From a virus, in the IMG/VR virus record IMGVR_UViG_3300024999_000049, positions 32,001 to 96,000 of that record: a stretch of 64,000 bases of DNA; one strand, 5' to 3'. The notes under the pieces are model-generated. The model worked only from the letters and a program-made list of their open reading frames with translations, searched no databases and was not told the origin of the DNA. Below, in pieces: positions 54,113-64,000 of the stretch (its first letter is position 1; the number at the start of each line of letters is the position of its first letter). The translations under genes were made by a program, and so were the position numbers.

Positions 54113-55546
54113 ATGGGTAAGAAGAAAATAAATCAAGTAAAGGTTAAATTTTTAGGAGGAAATTCTTTCGATGTAACCGGAAGTATGACATTAATAGAAA
54201 CTAATAATAAAAAAATTCTTTTTGAAGCAGGTTTATTTCAAAGTAATTCTCTTAAAGAAGATTATAAATTCAATAATAGAAAGTTAGAATTTAAACCAAG
54301 AGAAATTGATTATATATTTATTTCACACTTTCATATTGATCACATGGGTATACTCCCTAGATTATATAAAGATGGTTGTAAAGCTAAGATAATATGTGTA
54401 AAAGATAGTTCAAAATTCATATTACCTATGCTCAAAGATTCTGCTTATATAATGACAAGAGATTGTGAAATGTTGAATAAGAAATCAGACATTGAAATTA
54501 AACCGATATATTATGATGAAGATGTAGATACCACTATGACTTATATAGAAGAATATAATTATGGTGAGTTAATACAGTTGGACGAAGAAATTTCATTTAA
54601 ATTTCTATCTGCTTATCATATTATAAAGTCAGTTCAAATTGAATTATATATAAAGCAAGGTAATCACACTAGTAAAATTTTATATACTGGTGATTTAGGT
54701 AATATAGTAATTAAAGATAAATATTATGTTGAAGATTTTGAATATTGTAAGAATGCTAATTTAGTAATTGGAGAGTGTACATATTCGAATCAAGAAAACA
54801 ATATTTCAGAAAAAGATAGATTAAAAGATATTGAAAAAATAAGAAGTGTAATCCTTGAAACATGCTATGAAAAGCGTGGACAAGTGCTTATACCTTCGTT
54901 TTCATTGGATAGAACACAGAATATATTGACTATTTTGTATGAGATATTTAATAAAGACAAGTCATTTCAGATACCCATAATAGTTGATAGTCCTCTTACT
55001 TGTGCTATAACTGAAATTTATGGTCAAGTATTAGAAGGTGAAGACTTAGAATTATTCACAAAAGTATGTGAATGGAAAAATGTTAGATTTATAAAAGATT
55101 CAAGTGACAGTAAGGCTTGTATAGCTGATGATAAACCAAAGGTGATAATTTCATCTTCAGGTATGATGTCACAAGGAAGAAGTAAGTCTTGGAGTAAGAT
55201 TATATTACCTAATCCATGTTCTAGTATTTTGTTTATAGGATATTCTGCTATGAGTACATTAGCAAGCAAAATTAAGAATGGAAATAAACAGAAAACTATC
55301 ACTATTGATGGTAAACCATATAAGAATAAATGTTCTATAATTGATCTTCATTCGTTTTCTGGTCACATGCAAAGAGAAGATTTGTTGAAATATTATTCCA
55401 GTATTCAATGTGAACAGATTGCATTAGTCCATTCAGAATTTAAGAGTAAGGTCGAGTTCGGCAAAGAACTTCAAAATGTATTGAGTGAGAAAAATAAAAC
55501 AGGTCGAGTAATTATAGTTAATAAAGATACAGTTTTAAATATATAA
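54113..55546 (+). CDS. MBL-fold beta-CASP ribonuclease
   Basis: SHFHIDHMG, YTGDLG, ECTY, IPSFSLDRTQ, SSSGMM, SFSGH. Confidence 0.9.
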   Translation: MGKKKINQVKVKFLGGNSFDVTGSMTLIETNNKKILFEAGLFQSNSLKEDYKFNNRKLEFKPREIDYIFISHFHIDHMGILPRLYKDGCKAKIICVKDSSKFILPMLKDSAYIMTRDCEMLNKKSDIEIKPIYYDEDVDTTMTYIEEYNYGELIQLDEEISFKFLSAYHIIKSVQIELYIKQGNHTSKILYTGDLGNIVIKDKYYVEDFEYCKNANLVIGECTYSNQENNISEKDRLKDIEKIRSVILETCYEKRGQVLIPSFSLDRTQNILTILYEIFNKDKSFQIPIIVDSPLTCAITEIYGQVLEGEDLELFTKVCEWKNVRFIKDSSDSKACIADDKPKVIISSSGMMSQGRSKSWSKIILPNPCSSILFIGYSAMSTLASKIKNGNKQKTITIDGKPYKNKCSIIDLHSFSGHMQREDLLKYYSSIQCEQIALVHSEFKSKVEFGKELQNVLSEKNKTGRVIIVNKDTVLNI

Positions 55547-55629
55547 CCCCCCCTACTCTACTTTATTCAAGGTCGATGAGAGTCTTGGTAATTAGGTAAA
55601 AAAATTAATGAAATTGAGAGGTAATAATT

Positions 55630-56832
55630 TTGAGTGAAATATCTCGTAAAGAAAATGAAGAAATTAAAAAATATAAACTTCGTTTATTTAGAAACAAAGA
55701 TACGTACAATCTCAAGACAAAAGAAATTGGTGACTTAATAAATAAAGAGACTGAAAATAATTTTAATGAAAGTACTTATAGAAAATGGTTTGCTGCATAT
55801 GAAGAAGGATATACAGATGCACAAAAAGAAGGATTTTCCGATGATAAAGTTTTAAAAGAATTAACCTTGAAACAACAAGAACTACAGAAAGAAAAAATAA
55901 AAGTTCAGACTGAAAAACTTGGATTGAATCAAGCATTAAGAGAAGAAGCTAGATTTGAGTTAACAGTTGAAAGACTTATAGATGCAATAAAAAGTATTGA
56001 GAAACCACAAGTACCTACATATATACAAAAAACAAACAATCCTGATAAATCAGGCGCATTATTTTTTGGTGATTGTCATTATGATAAAGAACTTGAGATT
56101 AAGGGTTTACGTGGTGAAATACTTAATAAGTATAATACCGATATTTTTGAAAAAAGAATGTGGAATCTTTTAAATAAGACAAAACTTATTTGTGAAAAAG
56201 AAGGTTTTACAGAAATATATTCTTTCTTACTTGGAGATGAACTGGAAGGAATGCTTCGCATCTCACAGTTAATGACCTTAAAATATGGTATTACTGAATC
56301 AGCTATAAGATTTGCTAGATTCATTTCGACATGGTATAACGAGTTGAGTAAATATGTTAGACTTAAAGTATTTTCTACTTATGGTAATCATACAGATTTA
56401 CGTGTTTTAACAGGTAAAAAAGGTGATTTTCCACACGAAAATATTAGTAAAATTATCAATGAATTGGTTAAAGAAATATTAAGAGATAATCCTAATATTG
56501 AAATTATTGATAATGAAACAGATAAAATTTATACTAATATTCAAGGATATAATATTTTAGGTATTCATGGTGAAGAAAAAAATATTCAGCAATCCATTAA
56601 AGATTATTCCTATATGTATAACGAACAAATCGACTACATCGTTTCAGGACATAAACATCATGCAAATAGTGAATCTCTTGGTATAAGAAAAGGTTGCATT
56701 GGTGTTGGAAGTATTATAGGAATTGATGATTTTAGTATGGACTTAAAAAGAATGTCTGACCCTAGTGCCACTTTTGTTGTGTTTGAAGAAGGTTATGGTA
56801 AGACATTGGAATATAATATAATTTTAAACTAA
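55630..56832 (+). CDS. Calcineurin-like phosphoesterase with N-terminal coiled coil (YonJ-like)
   Basis: GDCHY, LGDELEG, GNH, HG, GHKHH. Confidence 0.85.
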   Translation: MSEISRKENEEIKKYKLRLFRNKDTYNLKTKEIGDLINKETENNFNESTYRKWFAAYEEGYTDAQKEGFSDDKVLKELTLKQQELQKEKIKVQTEKLGLNQALREEARFELTVERLIDAIKSIEKPQVPTYIQKTNNPDKSGALFFGDCHYDKELEIKGLRGEILNKYNTDIFEKRMWNLLNKTKLICEKEGFTEIYSFLLGDELEGMLRISQLMTLKYGITESAIRFARFISTWYNELSKYVRLKVFSTYGNHTDLRVLTGKKGDFPHENISKIINELVKEILRDNPNIEIIDNETDKIYTNIQGYNILGIHGEEKNIQQSIKDYSYMYNEQIDYIVSGHKHHANSESLGIRKGCIGVGSIIGIDDFSMDLKRMSDPSATFVVFEEGYGKTLEYNIILN

Positions 56833-56865
56833 ATAAAAATAATAAAATCATAAAGGATTAAATGA

Positions 56866-57477
56866 GTGACTATTATGGCTGAAATAAAAGAAACTATAAA
56901 TTACTATATGGCTGATAAATTTCAGATGGAAGATTTGGCACAACGTAAACTTTATATTAATGGCGAAATTGATGAGACTATCATAGATGATTATATTTAT
57001 TTTATCTTAAAATGGAACAAAGAAGATAAAGAAAAATCAGTTTCAGAAAGACAGCCTATTTTATTGTATTGTTCAAGTTGTGGTGGTAGTGTAGATGATG
57101 GTTTTGCTCTTATAGATGTAATTTTACAAAGTAAAACTCCTGTATATACAATAAATTTATCATATTGGTACAGTATGGGTTTTATGATAGGGATTGCAGG
57201 ACATAAACGCTTTGCCACTGAAAATGCTAAGTTTCTCATGCATGATGGACAAAATTTTGTATGGAATTCTTCTTCTAAGGTTAAAGATCAAATGAAATTT
57301 CAAGAACAAGTTGAACAAAGAATTAAAGATTATATTCTTTCAAGAAGCAAATTATCTTCAAAAGAATATGATGATAAACTTAGAGTAGAATGGTATCTTT
57401 TTGGAGATCAGGCAAAAGAAAAAGGATTCTGTGACTATGTTGTTGGAAAAGATTGTGATTTAGACGAAATTATTTAA
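56866..57477 (+). CDS. ClpP-like protease
   Basis: RKLYINGEID, SCGGSV, YSMG (Ser), FLMH (His), AKEKGFCD. Confidence 0.85.
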   Translation: MTIMAEIKETINYYMADKFQMEDLAQRKLYINGEIDETIIDDYIYFILKWNKEDKEKSVSERQPILLYCSSCGGSVDDGFALIDVILQSKTPVYTINLSYWYSMGFMIGIAGHKRFATENAKFLMHDGQNFVWNSSSKVKDQMKFQEQVEQRIKDYILSRSKLSSKEYDDKLRVEWYLFGDQAKEKGFCDYVVGKDCDLDEII

Positions 57478-57523
57478 ATTAAATTAAACAAATAAATATA
57501 ATATTCGAAAGGAAATTAATAAT

Positions 57524-57862
57524 ATGAGATTATTTGAAACTAAAGCAGCATACAGTTCTATAGACGAAAAGTGGATAGAATTATATTTTATTAATGGCGA
57601 AGAATTTAGTTCAGAAGAATATTTTAGTGAGATGGAATTGGAATCTGAAGAAGTTGAAGAAGAGGAAGATGAAGATTTGTATGATGATTCAGATGAAGAC
57701 GATGATTTTGAGGAATGTGACTGTGTAAGATGTAGAGCAGAAGATATCATGGATGGATATGTTGAAAGATTACAGGGATTGTTTTGCCCTCATTGCATTA
57801 AAGAGGTTTTGGTTGATTTTCTTGAAGAATTAATTGATGGTGAGGATGAAGATGACGAGTAA
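57524..57862 (+). CDS. Very acidic protein with two CxxC pairs
   Basis: D/E tracts, CVRC and CPHC. Confidence 0.7.
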   Translation: MRLFETKAAYSSIDEKWIELYFINGEEFSSEEYFSEMELESEEVEEEEDEDLYDDSDEDDDFEECDCVRCRAEDIMDGYVERLQGLFCPHCIKEVLVDFLEELIDGEDEDDE

Positions 57863-57921
57863 GTTTTATAACACAATGAAATAAAGGTTTTATCGTGATT
57901 TTTTGAATTTAAACTTTAGTG

Positions 57922-57996
57922 TTTGTGTACATTGAGAGCCTTTCTTCTTCTCTATTTATTTAGGGATTTTAAGAAAGGTTTTATTATGCATATAAA
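57922..57996 (+). other. Long intergenic hairpin (terminator or processing site)
   Basis: GAGCCTTTCTT / AAGAAAGGTTT core with G-U pairs favouring the plus strand. Confidence 0.55.
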
Positions 57997-58021
57997 TAAA
58001 AATTAATATTGTGAGGTTTGT

Positions 58022-58336
58022 ATGGGATATGTCTATTTTATATATAGTTGTAATGATAATAAATGTAAAATTGGATTTTCTAAAAATCATCCATCAAAAC
58101 GTTTAAAACAACTTAATACAGGAAACTCCTCTTCTCTATTGCTTTTAGGATATATAGAAGGAAATATGAAAATAGAAAAAAATATTAGAAATCAATTTCA
58201 TTATTTATGGGAGAATTTAGAATGGCTAAATATTGATGAATCATTGATTCAGTACATAAATTCAAACAATCAATTGGACGTTTATGTTGATTGGTTGGAT
58301 GGTAAATTGCAGGTTTACAAAAAAATGAAAAAGTAA
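58022..58336 (+). CDS. GIY-YIG family (T5orf172/MUG113-like) protein
   Basis: YVYFI...KIGFSKNHPSKRLKQLNTGN...E...EW. Confidence 0.8.
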   Translation: MGYVYFIYSCNDNKCKIGFSKNHPSKRLKQLNTGNSSSLLLLGYIEGNMKIEKNIRNQFHYLWENLEWLNIDESLIQYINSNNQLDVYVDWLDGKLQVYKKMKK

Positions 58337-58366
58337 GTAAGTTAAAATAAAGAAAATATAATAGAG

Positions 58367-59347
58367 GTGAATTTAATGCCAAGACCAAAATCTGTAGGAC
58401 AGAAAATAGAAGTACCAAAAAATTATTGTAGAATGTGTCAAAAGATGCTTAGTCTTGACAATTTCTATGAAGCAACGAACCCCCTACTTGATAAAAATGG
58501 TAAGATGTCTATATGTAAAGAACATTGCAATTCAATATATGATATGTATTTTTCTATACATAATAATTTAGAGATAGCTTTACAATTAACATGTGAAGAT
58601 TTGGATGTAAGGTTTAGCAAAGAAGCCTTAGCACAAGTTAAATCACATATAGAAAGTTTGATTTCTAAAGGTAAAAAAGCAGAAGCTATATTTGGCTATT
58701 ATAAAAGCAAGTTGAGTTCAACTAACAAGAATAATACAAAAATGGATTCTTTTAGATATAAAGATAGTGATTGTTTAAATGAAATAGATATAAATAGTAT
58801 AAATATAAATAATATGAATAGTGAAGAAATAGATGAAGATTTAATACTATTTTGGGGAAAATCGTTTAATTTGGATGATATGATATTTTTAGAGAGAGAA
58901 TTATCAAATTGGAAACAAACTCATAAATGTGACAATCATGCAGAGTTAACTTTATTAAGAGAAATATGTATTACTATATTAGAAATAAGAAATCAAAGAG
59001 CAGAGGGTAAACCAACGAAAGATTTAAAAAAAGAACTTCAGGAAATAATGAAAACTGCTAGTGTAGATCCAGCTAAAGCTAATGCAGCAAGTGCGGGAAA
59101 ATCACATGAATGTTGGGGCTTATTTATTAAAGATATAGAACAATTTAGACCTGCTGAATGGCATGAACAACAAGAAAAATATGTTGATATGGATGGCTTT
59201 AAACCATATATTAAAAATTATATTGTACGTCCAATTGAAAATTTCCTTACTGGAGTTAGAAATTTCTTTGTTGATGACAATATAGATGCAGATTTGGATA
59301 GCGTTGATGTTGGCAATGTAAATGAAGGTGATTCTGATGGGTCTTAG
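58367..59347 (+). CDS. YonG-like protein, probable terminase small subunit
   Basis: N-terminal CRMC...SICK.HC; overlaps the terminase large-subunit start. Confidence 0.6.
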   Translation: MNLMPRPKSVGQKIEVPKNYCRMCQKMLSLDNFYEATNPLLDKNGKMSICKEHCNSIYDMYFSIHNNLEIALQLTCEDLDVRFSKEALAQVKSHIESLISKGKKAEAIFGYYKSKLSSTNKNNTKMDSFRYKDSDCLNEIDINSININNMNSEEIDEDLILFWGKSFNLDDMIFLERELSNWKQTHKCDNHAELTLLREICITILEIRNQRAEGKPTKDLKKELQEIMKTASVDPAKANAASAGKSHECWGLFIKDIEQFRPAEWHEQQEKYVDMDGFKPYIKNYIVRPIENFLTGVRNFFVDDNIDADLDSVDVGNVNEGDSDGS

Positions 59348-61172
59348 TTATGGAAAATATCAAAATGATTTTTCGAAATATAGTGGTAATAGTGATCAAA
59401 GCAAAGCTCCAAAATCAATGATAAAAGGTAAAGAAAGAACCGAGCAATGGCAAGAGAATACAATTGACTGGAATACTTATTTCAGAAGAAATATTCATAG
59501 ATTTATTCAACTATATTTTAAAGTACAATTATATTGGTATCAAGTAATATGGATATATTTTATGAGTATATGTGAAAATTTTGTAACAATTGCAAGTAGA
59601 GCAGCAGCAAAGTCATGGTTGATTGCTTTATTGGCGTATGCTCGTGGCACACTTTATCCAAATTCGGAGATAGTAATTGTAGCAACGTCCATGAAACAAG
59701 CTGCAATAATATTTGGTAAAATGGCAAGATTAAAAGATGATTACTCTAATATTGCAAGAGAAGTTAAAACTTTTTCAGATACTCAAAATAATTGTAATTG
59801 TACATTGCATAATGGTACCACTATTAAAGTGGTAGCTTGTCAAGAATCGGGAAGGGGCGAGAGATCGACTTTTACAATAGGCGAAGAATTTAGGATTATG
59901 GATAAACAAAAATTTGATAGTATTGTTAAACCTTTTGCTTATGCTAGGCAAACTCCTTATTTAATGAAGCCTGAATATGCAAACAATAAAATTTTAGTTG
60001 AAGAACCTAGACAAGTATTGATATCTTCTGCTTATCATAAAGGTTTATGGTGGTATAAGGAAACTTTAGATACAATTAAAATGATGTTAGCAGGTAAAGA
60101 TTCAGGATTTATCGCGTTTGACTATTTAATAGCAATAAAACATAATATTAAAACTAAAAAATTAATAGCAAGAGATAAAGCAACGATGGATGAGATTACT
60201 TTTTTAGAAGAATATGAAAATATTCCTTGGGGTGAAAATAGCAATTCTTATTTTAAATTGGAAATGTTTAGTAAAAATAAAAAGTTAAAAAAAGCATTTT
60301 ATCCTTTTAGAAAAGATAACTTTGATAAGAAACAAAATCCTCATGAAATAAAACATATAGATGGCGAAATTAGAATTGTGTCTGTCGATATTGCAACTCG
60401 TAAAGGTAAAAAAAATGATAATACAGTTATATCATGTATTCGAGGATTGCCAACAGCAAGAGGATATGAACGTGAATATGTTTATATGGAATCGCATCAA
60501 GGAGAACATACTGCTATTCAAGCTCTCAGAGTAAAACAAATTTATCATGATTTTAAAGCAGATTATATTGTATTGGATTTACAAAATGCTGGAATTACAG
60601 TTTTTGAAAGGCTTGCAGTAGTAACGAAAGATGAGGAACGTGGTCTTGAATATGATGCTTTTACTGTTTATGAACATAAATCATTAGATAAAAAATTAAT
60701 AGATGAATTAAAAGAAAAAACATTAGCTTTAAATGCAAAACCAATAATTTATCCTATTATGGCAGGGGCAAAAGATAATAATGATATCGCTGTAGATTTT
60801 AGAGATAGATTAAAAAGGGGTATGTGTAGTTTTCTTATTGATGATAATGATGGAGAAGACTATTTAATTTCAAAAAATAAAGAATTTGTTAGTACTGATG
60901 ATATAAATATAAAAGTATGGTATTTACATCCTTATAAACAATTTTCGGAAATGATTATTGAAACAATTAATCTTGAATTTTCAATGCTTAGTGGAAATGT
61001 AAAATTAGAAACTGTTGGAACAGCACGAAAAGACAGGTACACAAGTTGCTCTTACGGTGGATTTTTTATTTCTTTATTGGAAAACGATTTATTAAAAGAG
61101 AAACCAGAAGACGATTTAGAAAATTTATTCATAGCACCAACATCAAGGCCATGGGAAAAGTTCGAATATTAA
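59337..61172 (+). CDS. Terminase large subunit (YonF-like)
   Basis: ASRAAAKS Walker A-like, RG.R, IGEEFR Walker B-like, ISSA, nuclease acidic residues VSVD, VLD, KDRY. Confidence 0.9.
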   Translation: MGLSYGKYQNDFSKYSGNSDQSKAPKSMIKGKERTEQWQENTIDWNTYFRRNIHRFIQLYFKVQLYWYQVIWIYFMSICENFVTIASRAAAKSWLIALLAYARGTLYPNSEIVIVATSMKQAAIIFGKMARLKDDYSNIAREVKTFSDTQNNCNCTLHNGTTIKVVACQESGRGERSTFTIGEEFRIMDKQKFDSIVKPFAYARQTPYLMKPEYANNKILVEEPRQVLISSAYHKGLWWYKETLDTIKMMLAGKDSGFIAFDYLIAIKHNIKTKKLIARDKATMDEITFLEEYENIPWGENSNSYFKLEMFSKNKKLKKAFYPFRKDNFDKKQNPHEIKHIDGEIRIVSVDIATRKGKKNDNTVISCIRGLPTARGYEREYVYMESHQGEHTAIQALRVKQIYHDFKADYIVLDLQNAGITVFERLAVVTKDEERGLEYDAFTVYEHKSLDKKLIDELKEKTLALNAKPIIYPIMAGAKDNNDIAVDFRDRLKRGMCSFLIDDNDGEDYLISKNKEFVSTDDINIKVWYLHPYKQFSEMIIETINLEFSMLSGNVKLETVGTARKDRYTSCSYGGFFISLLENDLLKEKPEDDLENLFIAPTSRPWEKFEY

Positions 61173-61235
61173 GTTAATATAGTAATGTGTAAATTAAATA
61201 TAATAATATTTAAAAGAAAGGCGGTGAAATATCCA

Positions 61236-62849
61236 TTGGCAAGAGGAAGACCAAAAAAAATAACAGAGAATGAAAGTATAAATGTTAATACAAATATTAA
61301 TACAAATGAAACTGTAAAAATGTCTAGTGTCAATGAAAATTTAAATACGGATATGTCACCAGAGAAGTTTATAGAAACATATTCTAATACATTGTATTCT
61401 TTGATGAGACAAATAAATAATAATCCTTCATATTTTCCACATTATGGAAACTCATTAATGAAGGATATAAATATATCTCCGTATAAACCTACTGCTTCTG
61501 AGATTGAGAAATGGTTGCTACAACCTCATAGATTTGAACAGCAATTAGCTCAGTTATCACAGCATCTTGAAGGTGTAATTATGCAGTATACCCGTACTGT
61601 ATATTATTTTGCGACATTATTAACTTTTAATTATTATATATATCCTATTAATACTCCAACAAAAAAAGATGAAGTAACTGCTTTTAAGAACTCTTATAAA
61701 AAAGCATTAGACTGGTTAAGAAAATTTAGACCGAAAGAACAGTTTCAAAATGCAATGTTAGGAATTATTCGTGAAGGCGGAAAATTTTATTATATTAGGG
61801 AATCTGAATACATAGATTTACAAGAGTTACCGCCTCAAAACTGCATCATTACAGGGCGTACTTCAATCGGTTACAGTTATTCATTTGATATGTCCTTTTT
61901 CCTTCGTGCTCCACATTCTTTAAATGATTATGCCTCTGAATTTACTGAATGGTTTGAAGATTTTTATGATGATATAAAAATATCTCAAAATTACTATAAA
62001 CAGATACCTATTGAATCTAGCGTAGTATTTCTTTTTGATGACACAAAAGCTGCTAGGTTGAATCCTTTAAGGGGATTGTTTAAAGATGTTCTTGATGTTC
62101 AGATTTATAAAGAACTTTTAAAGGCGAAATCACAACTTGATACATGGAAATTAGTATATCTTAAAGCACCAGTAGACAAAGACGGCAAGCCAACTTTAAG
62201 TATGCCGCTTATTAGCAGCTGGCTGGCGGCAGCACAATCCGCGCTCCCCTACGGTGTTGTAGCATTTGGCAGTCCGCTTGAAGGTCAAGTACTTAATATT
62301 GCAGATAATCAATCATCAGTTTCTAATATTGCATCATTAGCCACCTCTCAGTTTTGGGAACACGCAGGAGTTAACTCAAATATAATGGGTAATAGTGATG
62401 CAAAAACAGCATCTGCAATTAAAGCTAGTATTGAAGCAGATGTAAATTTTGTATCACATTTGTATCCTATGTTTGAAAGATTTGTTAACTTTCAATTAGC
62501 ACAAAAAACTGGAAATAAATTTAGATGGGGAGTAAAATTTTTTGGAGACAAGTTTCATAATGATAGTATCCAAAAAGAATTAAAAGATGCTATTCAATAT
62601 GATGATACTAATTATATTAAGTGGCAAGCCTCTCTTGGATACGAACCTTTTGAGACTAGCGGACTTAATGATATGATGGATGTTTTAGGTATAAGAAAGA
62701 AAATTAAGCCAATGATGAGTAGTCATACATTAAGTGGAAACGAAAGTAAGAATGGACGTCCAACTGCTGAAGAGTCTGGGAATAGTCTTGGAGATGCAGG
62801 AGAGATAACGGCTGATGCGGGCAGTAATGTTGATAAAATTGTAGATTAA
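61236..62849 (+). CDS. Portal protein (YonE-like); TTG start after AAGGCGGTG RBS
   Basis: Directly follows terminase; REGG.FYY, LQELP...C.ITG, PMSSHTLSG...GRP C-terminus. Confidence 0.8.
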   Translation: MARGRPKKITENESINVNTNINTNETVKMSSVNENLNTDMSPEKFIETYSNTLYSLMRQINNNPSYFPHYGNSLMKDINISPYKPTASEIEKWLLQPHRFEQQLAQLSQHLEGVIMQYTRTVYYFATLLTFNYYIYPINTPTKKDEVTAFKNSYKKALDWLRKFRPKEQFQNAMLGIIREGGKFYYIRESEYIDLQELPPQNCIITGRTSIGYSYSFDMSFFLRAPHSLNDYASEFTEWFEDFYDDIKISQNYYKQIPIESSVVFLFDDTKAARLNPLRGLFKDVLDVQIYKELLKAKSQLDTWKLVYLKAPVDKDGKPTLSMPLISSWLAAAQSALPYGVVAFGSPLEGQVLNIADNQSSVSNIASLATSQFWEHAGVNSNIMGNSDAKTASAIKASIEADVNFVSHLYPMFERFVNFQLAQKTGNKFRWGVKFFGDKFHNDSIQKELKDAIQYDDTNYIKWQASLGYEPFETSGLNDMMDVLGIRKKIKPMMSSHTLSGNESKNGRPTAEESGNSLGDAGEITADAGSNVDKIVD

Positions 62850-62878
62850 ATTTAACTAACTAAATAAATATAATATTA

Positions 62879-62907
62879 TTGACAAAACTATAAAATAATA
62901 GTATAAT
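62879..62907 (+). promoter_or_regulatory. Sigma-A promoter
   Basis: TTGACA-17-TATAAT. Confidence 0.85.
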
Positions 62908-62912
62908 AATAT

Positions 62913-63008
62913 TGGGGATAGATAAGGATTAATTACCCTTATTGAAAAAGGCAACATCCTGATTGCTCTTCCCTATTTTAAATTTCAGGATAATAATTCT
63001 ACAGGAGG
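62913..63008 (+). ncRNA. Structured 5' leader: three-way junction with pseudoknot
   Basis: P1 TGGGGA/TCCCTA, P2 GATAAGG/CCTTATT, P3 GCAA/TTGC; loop ATCCTGA pairs with TCAGGAT (62985-91). Confidence 0.6.
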
Positions 63009-63016
63009 AATTTATA

Positions 63017-64000
63017 ATGGGACTTATAACCAAAGAAGTGGAAATTGTTGTAAATAGTAAAACAATAAAACACTATAGAGAATTAGGATATGAAATTATT
63101 AAAGATGAATGGCATAGTGCAAGTAATAAAATTAAAATAAAAGTTGAACATTTAACAGATGGTAGCCATTCCAAGGTTGATATTAAATGTGATGGTTGTG
63201 GCAAAGAATTAACAGATATGCCTTGGAAAGATTATAAAAGGTATGTACGTGATGATGGAAAATATTATTGTGTTCAATGTTCACATGTACTAAGTAATAA
63301 TCATAATAAATTTACAGAAGAAGATGTTAGAAAAATAGTTAATGAAAAATTAGGTATTGATTGGAAAATTCATGAGATTAAAGTAATTAAAAGACATACA
63401 AATGTAGAATTAGAGGATACAGAAGGATATTGGTATGATAATGTTAATATTTCATCTGTTAAATTTAGAGATAAACCACGTAGGTTTCATAAATCTAACA
63501 CATATACTGAATATAATATTAATAGATATTGTGAAATAAATGTTTTACCTATTAGGTTACATAAAGATAAAAGAAGTACTATAGATAATAAGCATAATAA
63601 AGCAGAGTGGTACTGTTTAGATTGTGGAAAAATTTTTGAACGAACGTTTGATGCAGTTAGAAATGGTCAAACTTCATGTCCTTGTTGTAGTGATAATATT
63701 TCATATCCAGAAAAATTTGGATTATCATTTTTTAATCAATTAAATATTAATTATATTTATAATTCTAAATTAAAATGGTCTGAAAATTATAGATATGATT
63801 TTATTATTGATAATTTAAAATTAATTGTAGAAACACATGGTGGACAACATTATGAAGAGTCTTTTTCTAGAATTAATGGGGCAAAGACATTAGAGGAAGA
63901 GCAAGAAAATGATAGATTAAAGAAAGAGCTAGCCGTGAGAAATGGTTATAAATACATAGAAATTGATTGTAGAAAATCAGATATGACATGGATTAAAAAT
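63017..64000 (+). CDS. Zn-ribbon plus Vsr/DUF559-like endonuclease (free-standing homing endonuclease-like), truncated by the window end
   Basis: MGLITKEVE..., CDGCG, CVQC, CLDCG, CPCC, SYPEK, YRYDF...IVETHGGQHY...ENDRLK. Confidence 0.8.
   Translation, partial: MGLITKEVEIVVNSKTIKHYRELGYEIIKDEWHSASNKIKIKVEHLTDGSHSKVDIKCDGCGKELTDMPWKDYKRYVRDDGKYYCVQCSHVLSNNHNKFTEEDVRKIVNEKLGIDWKIHEIKVIKRHTNVELEDTEGYWYDNVNISSVKFRDKPRRFHKSNTYTEYNINRYCEINVLPIRLHKDKRSTIDNKHNKAEWYCLDCGKIFERTFDAVRNGQTSCPCCSDNISYPEKFGLSFFNQLNINYIYNSKLKWSENYRYDFIIDNLKLIVETHGGQHYEESFSRINGAKTLEEEQENDRLKKELAVRNGYKYIEIDCRKSDMTWIKN

Larger units (their letters stand above)
1..64000. mobile_element. Segment of a large SPbeta-like temperate phage/prophage (Firmicutes host)
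   Basis: YonO-like RNAP, YonF-like terminase, YonE-like portal, MrpR-like repressor and an array of small early genes; no host housekeeping genes seen. Confidence 0.9.

Noticed and set aside
57620-57720. GAA/GAT-rich low-complexity tract
   Set aside because: Explained by the Asp/Glu tract of the encoded protein
48543-58418. Minus-strand ORF calls in the right arm
   Set aside because: Antisense to well-supported plus-strand genes

Overview
AT-rich (roughly 27% GC by eye) segment of a large SPbeta-like temperate phage or prophage of a Firmicutes host, probably Clostridia (sigma-A promoters, AGGAGG RBSs, a GAAC-N4-GTTC SOS box). Left arm (1-40.1 kb, minus strand): about 100 mostly tiny genes, including ArdC, YodL, DUF5348, HTH proteins, a sigma factor, a tyrosine recombinase and an MrpR/YopR-like repressor. 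A ~3 kb non-coding divergence region (40.1-43.0 kb) holds DnaA boxes, boxA-like elements and iteron-like repeats. Right arm (plus strand): Rep-like, CoiA-like nuclease, radical SAM, SLOG, YonO-like single-subunit RNA polymerase, beta-CASP nuclease, phosphoesterase, ClpP-like, terminase, portal and a homing-endonuclease-like gene. Three non-coding layers stand out. (1) About 43 copies of a palindromic ATAAAA-N6-TTTTAT site at gene boundaries, often carrying the upstream stop codon in fixed register, suggesting an integron-like cassette array served by a tyrosine recombinase. (2) A strand-polarised CTGTTA hexamer strongly enriched from 23 to 40 kb. (3) A family of intergenic long hairpins with switchable arms (RNase III-like) from 30 to 39.5 kb. 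A tRNA-like RNA and a pseudoknotted leader RNA were also seen. All counts are by eye and all functional calls come from motif recognition only; no searches were run.
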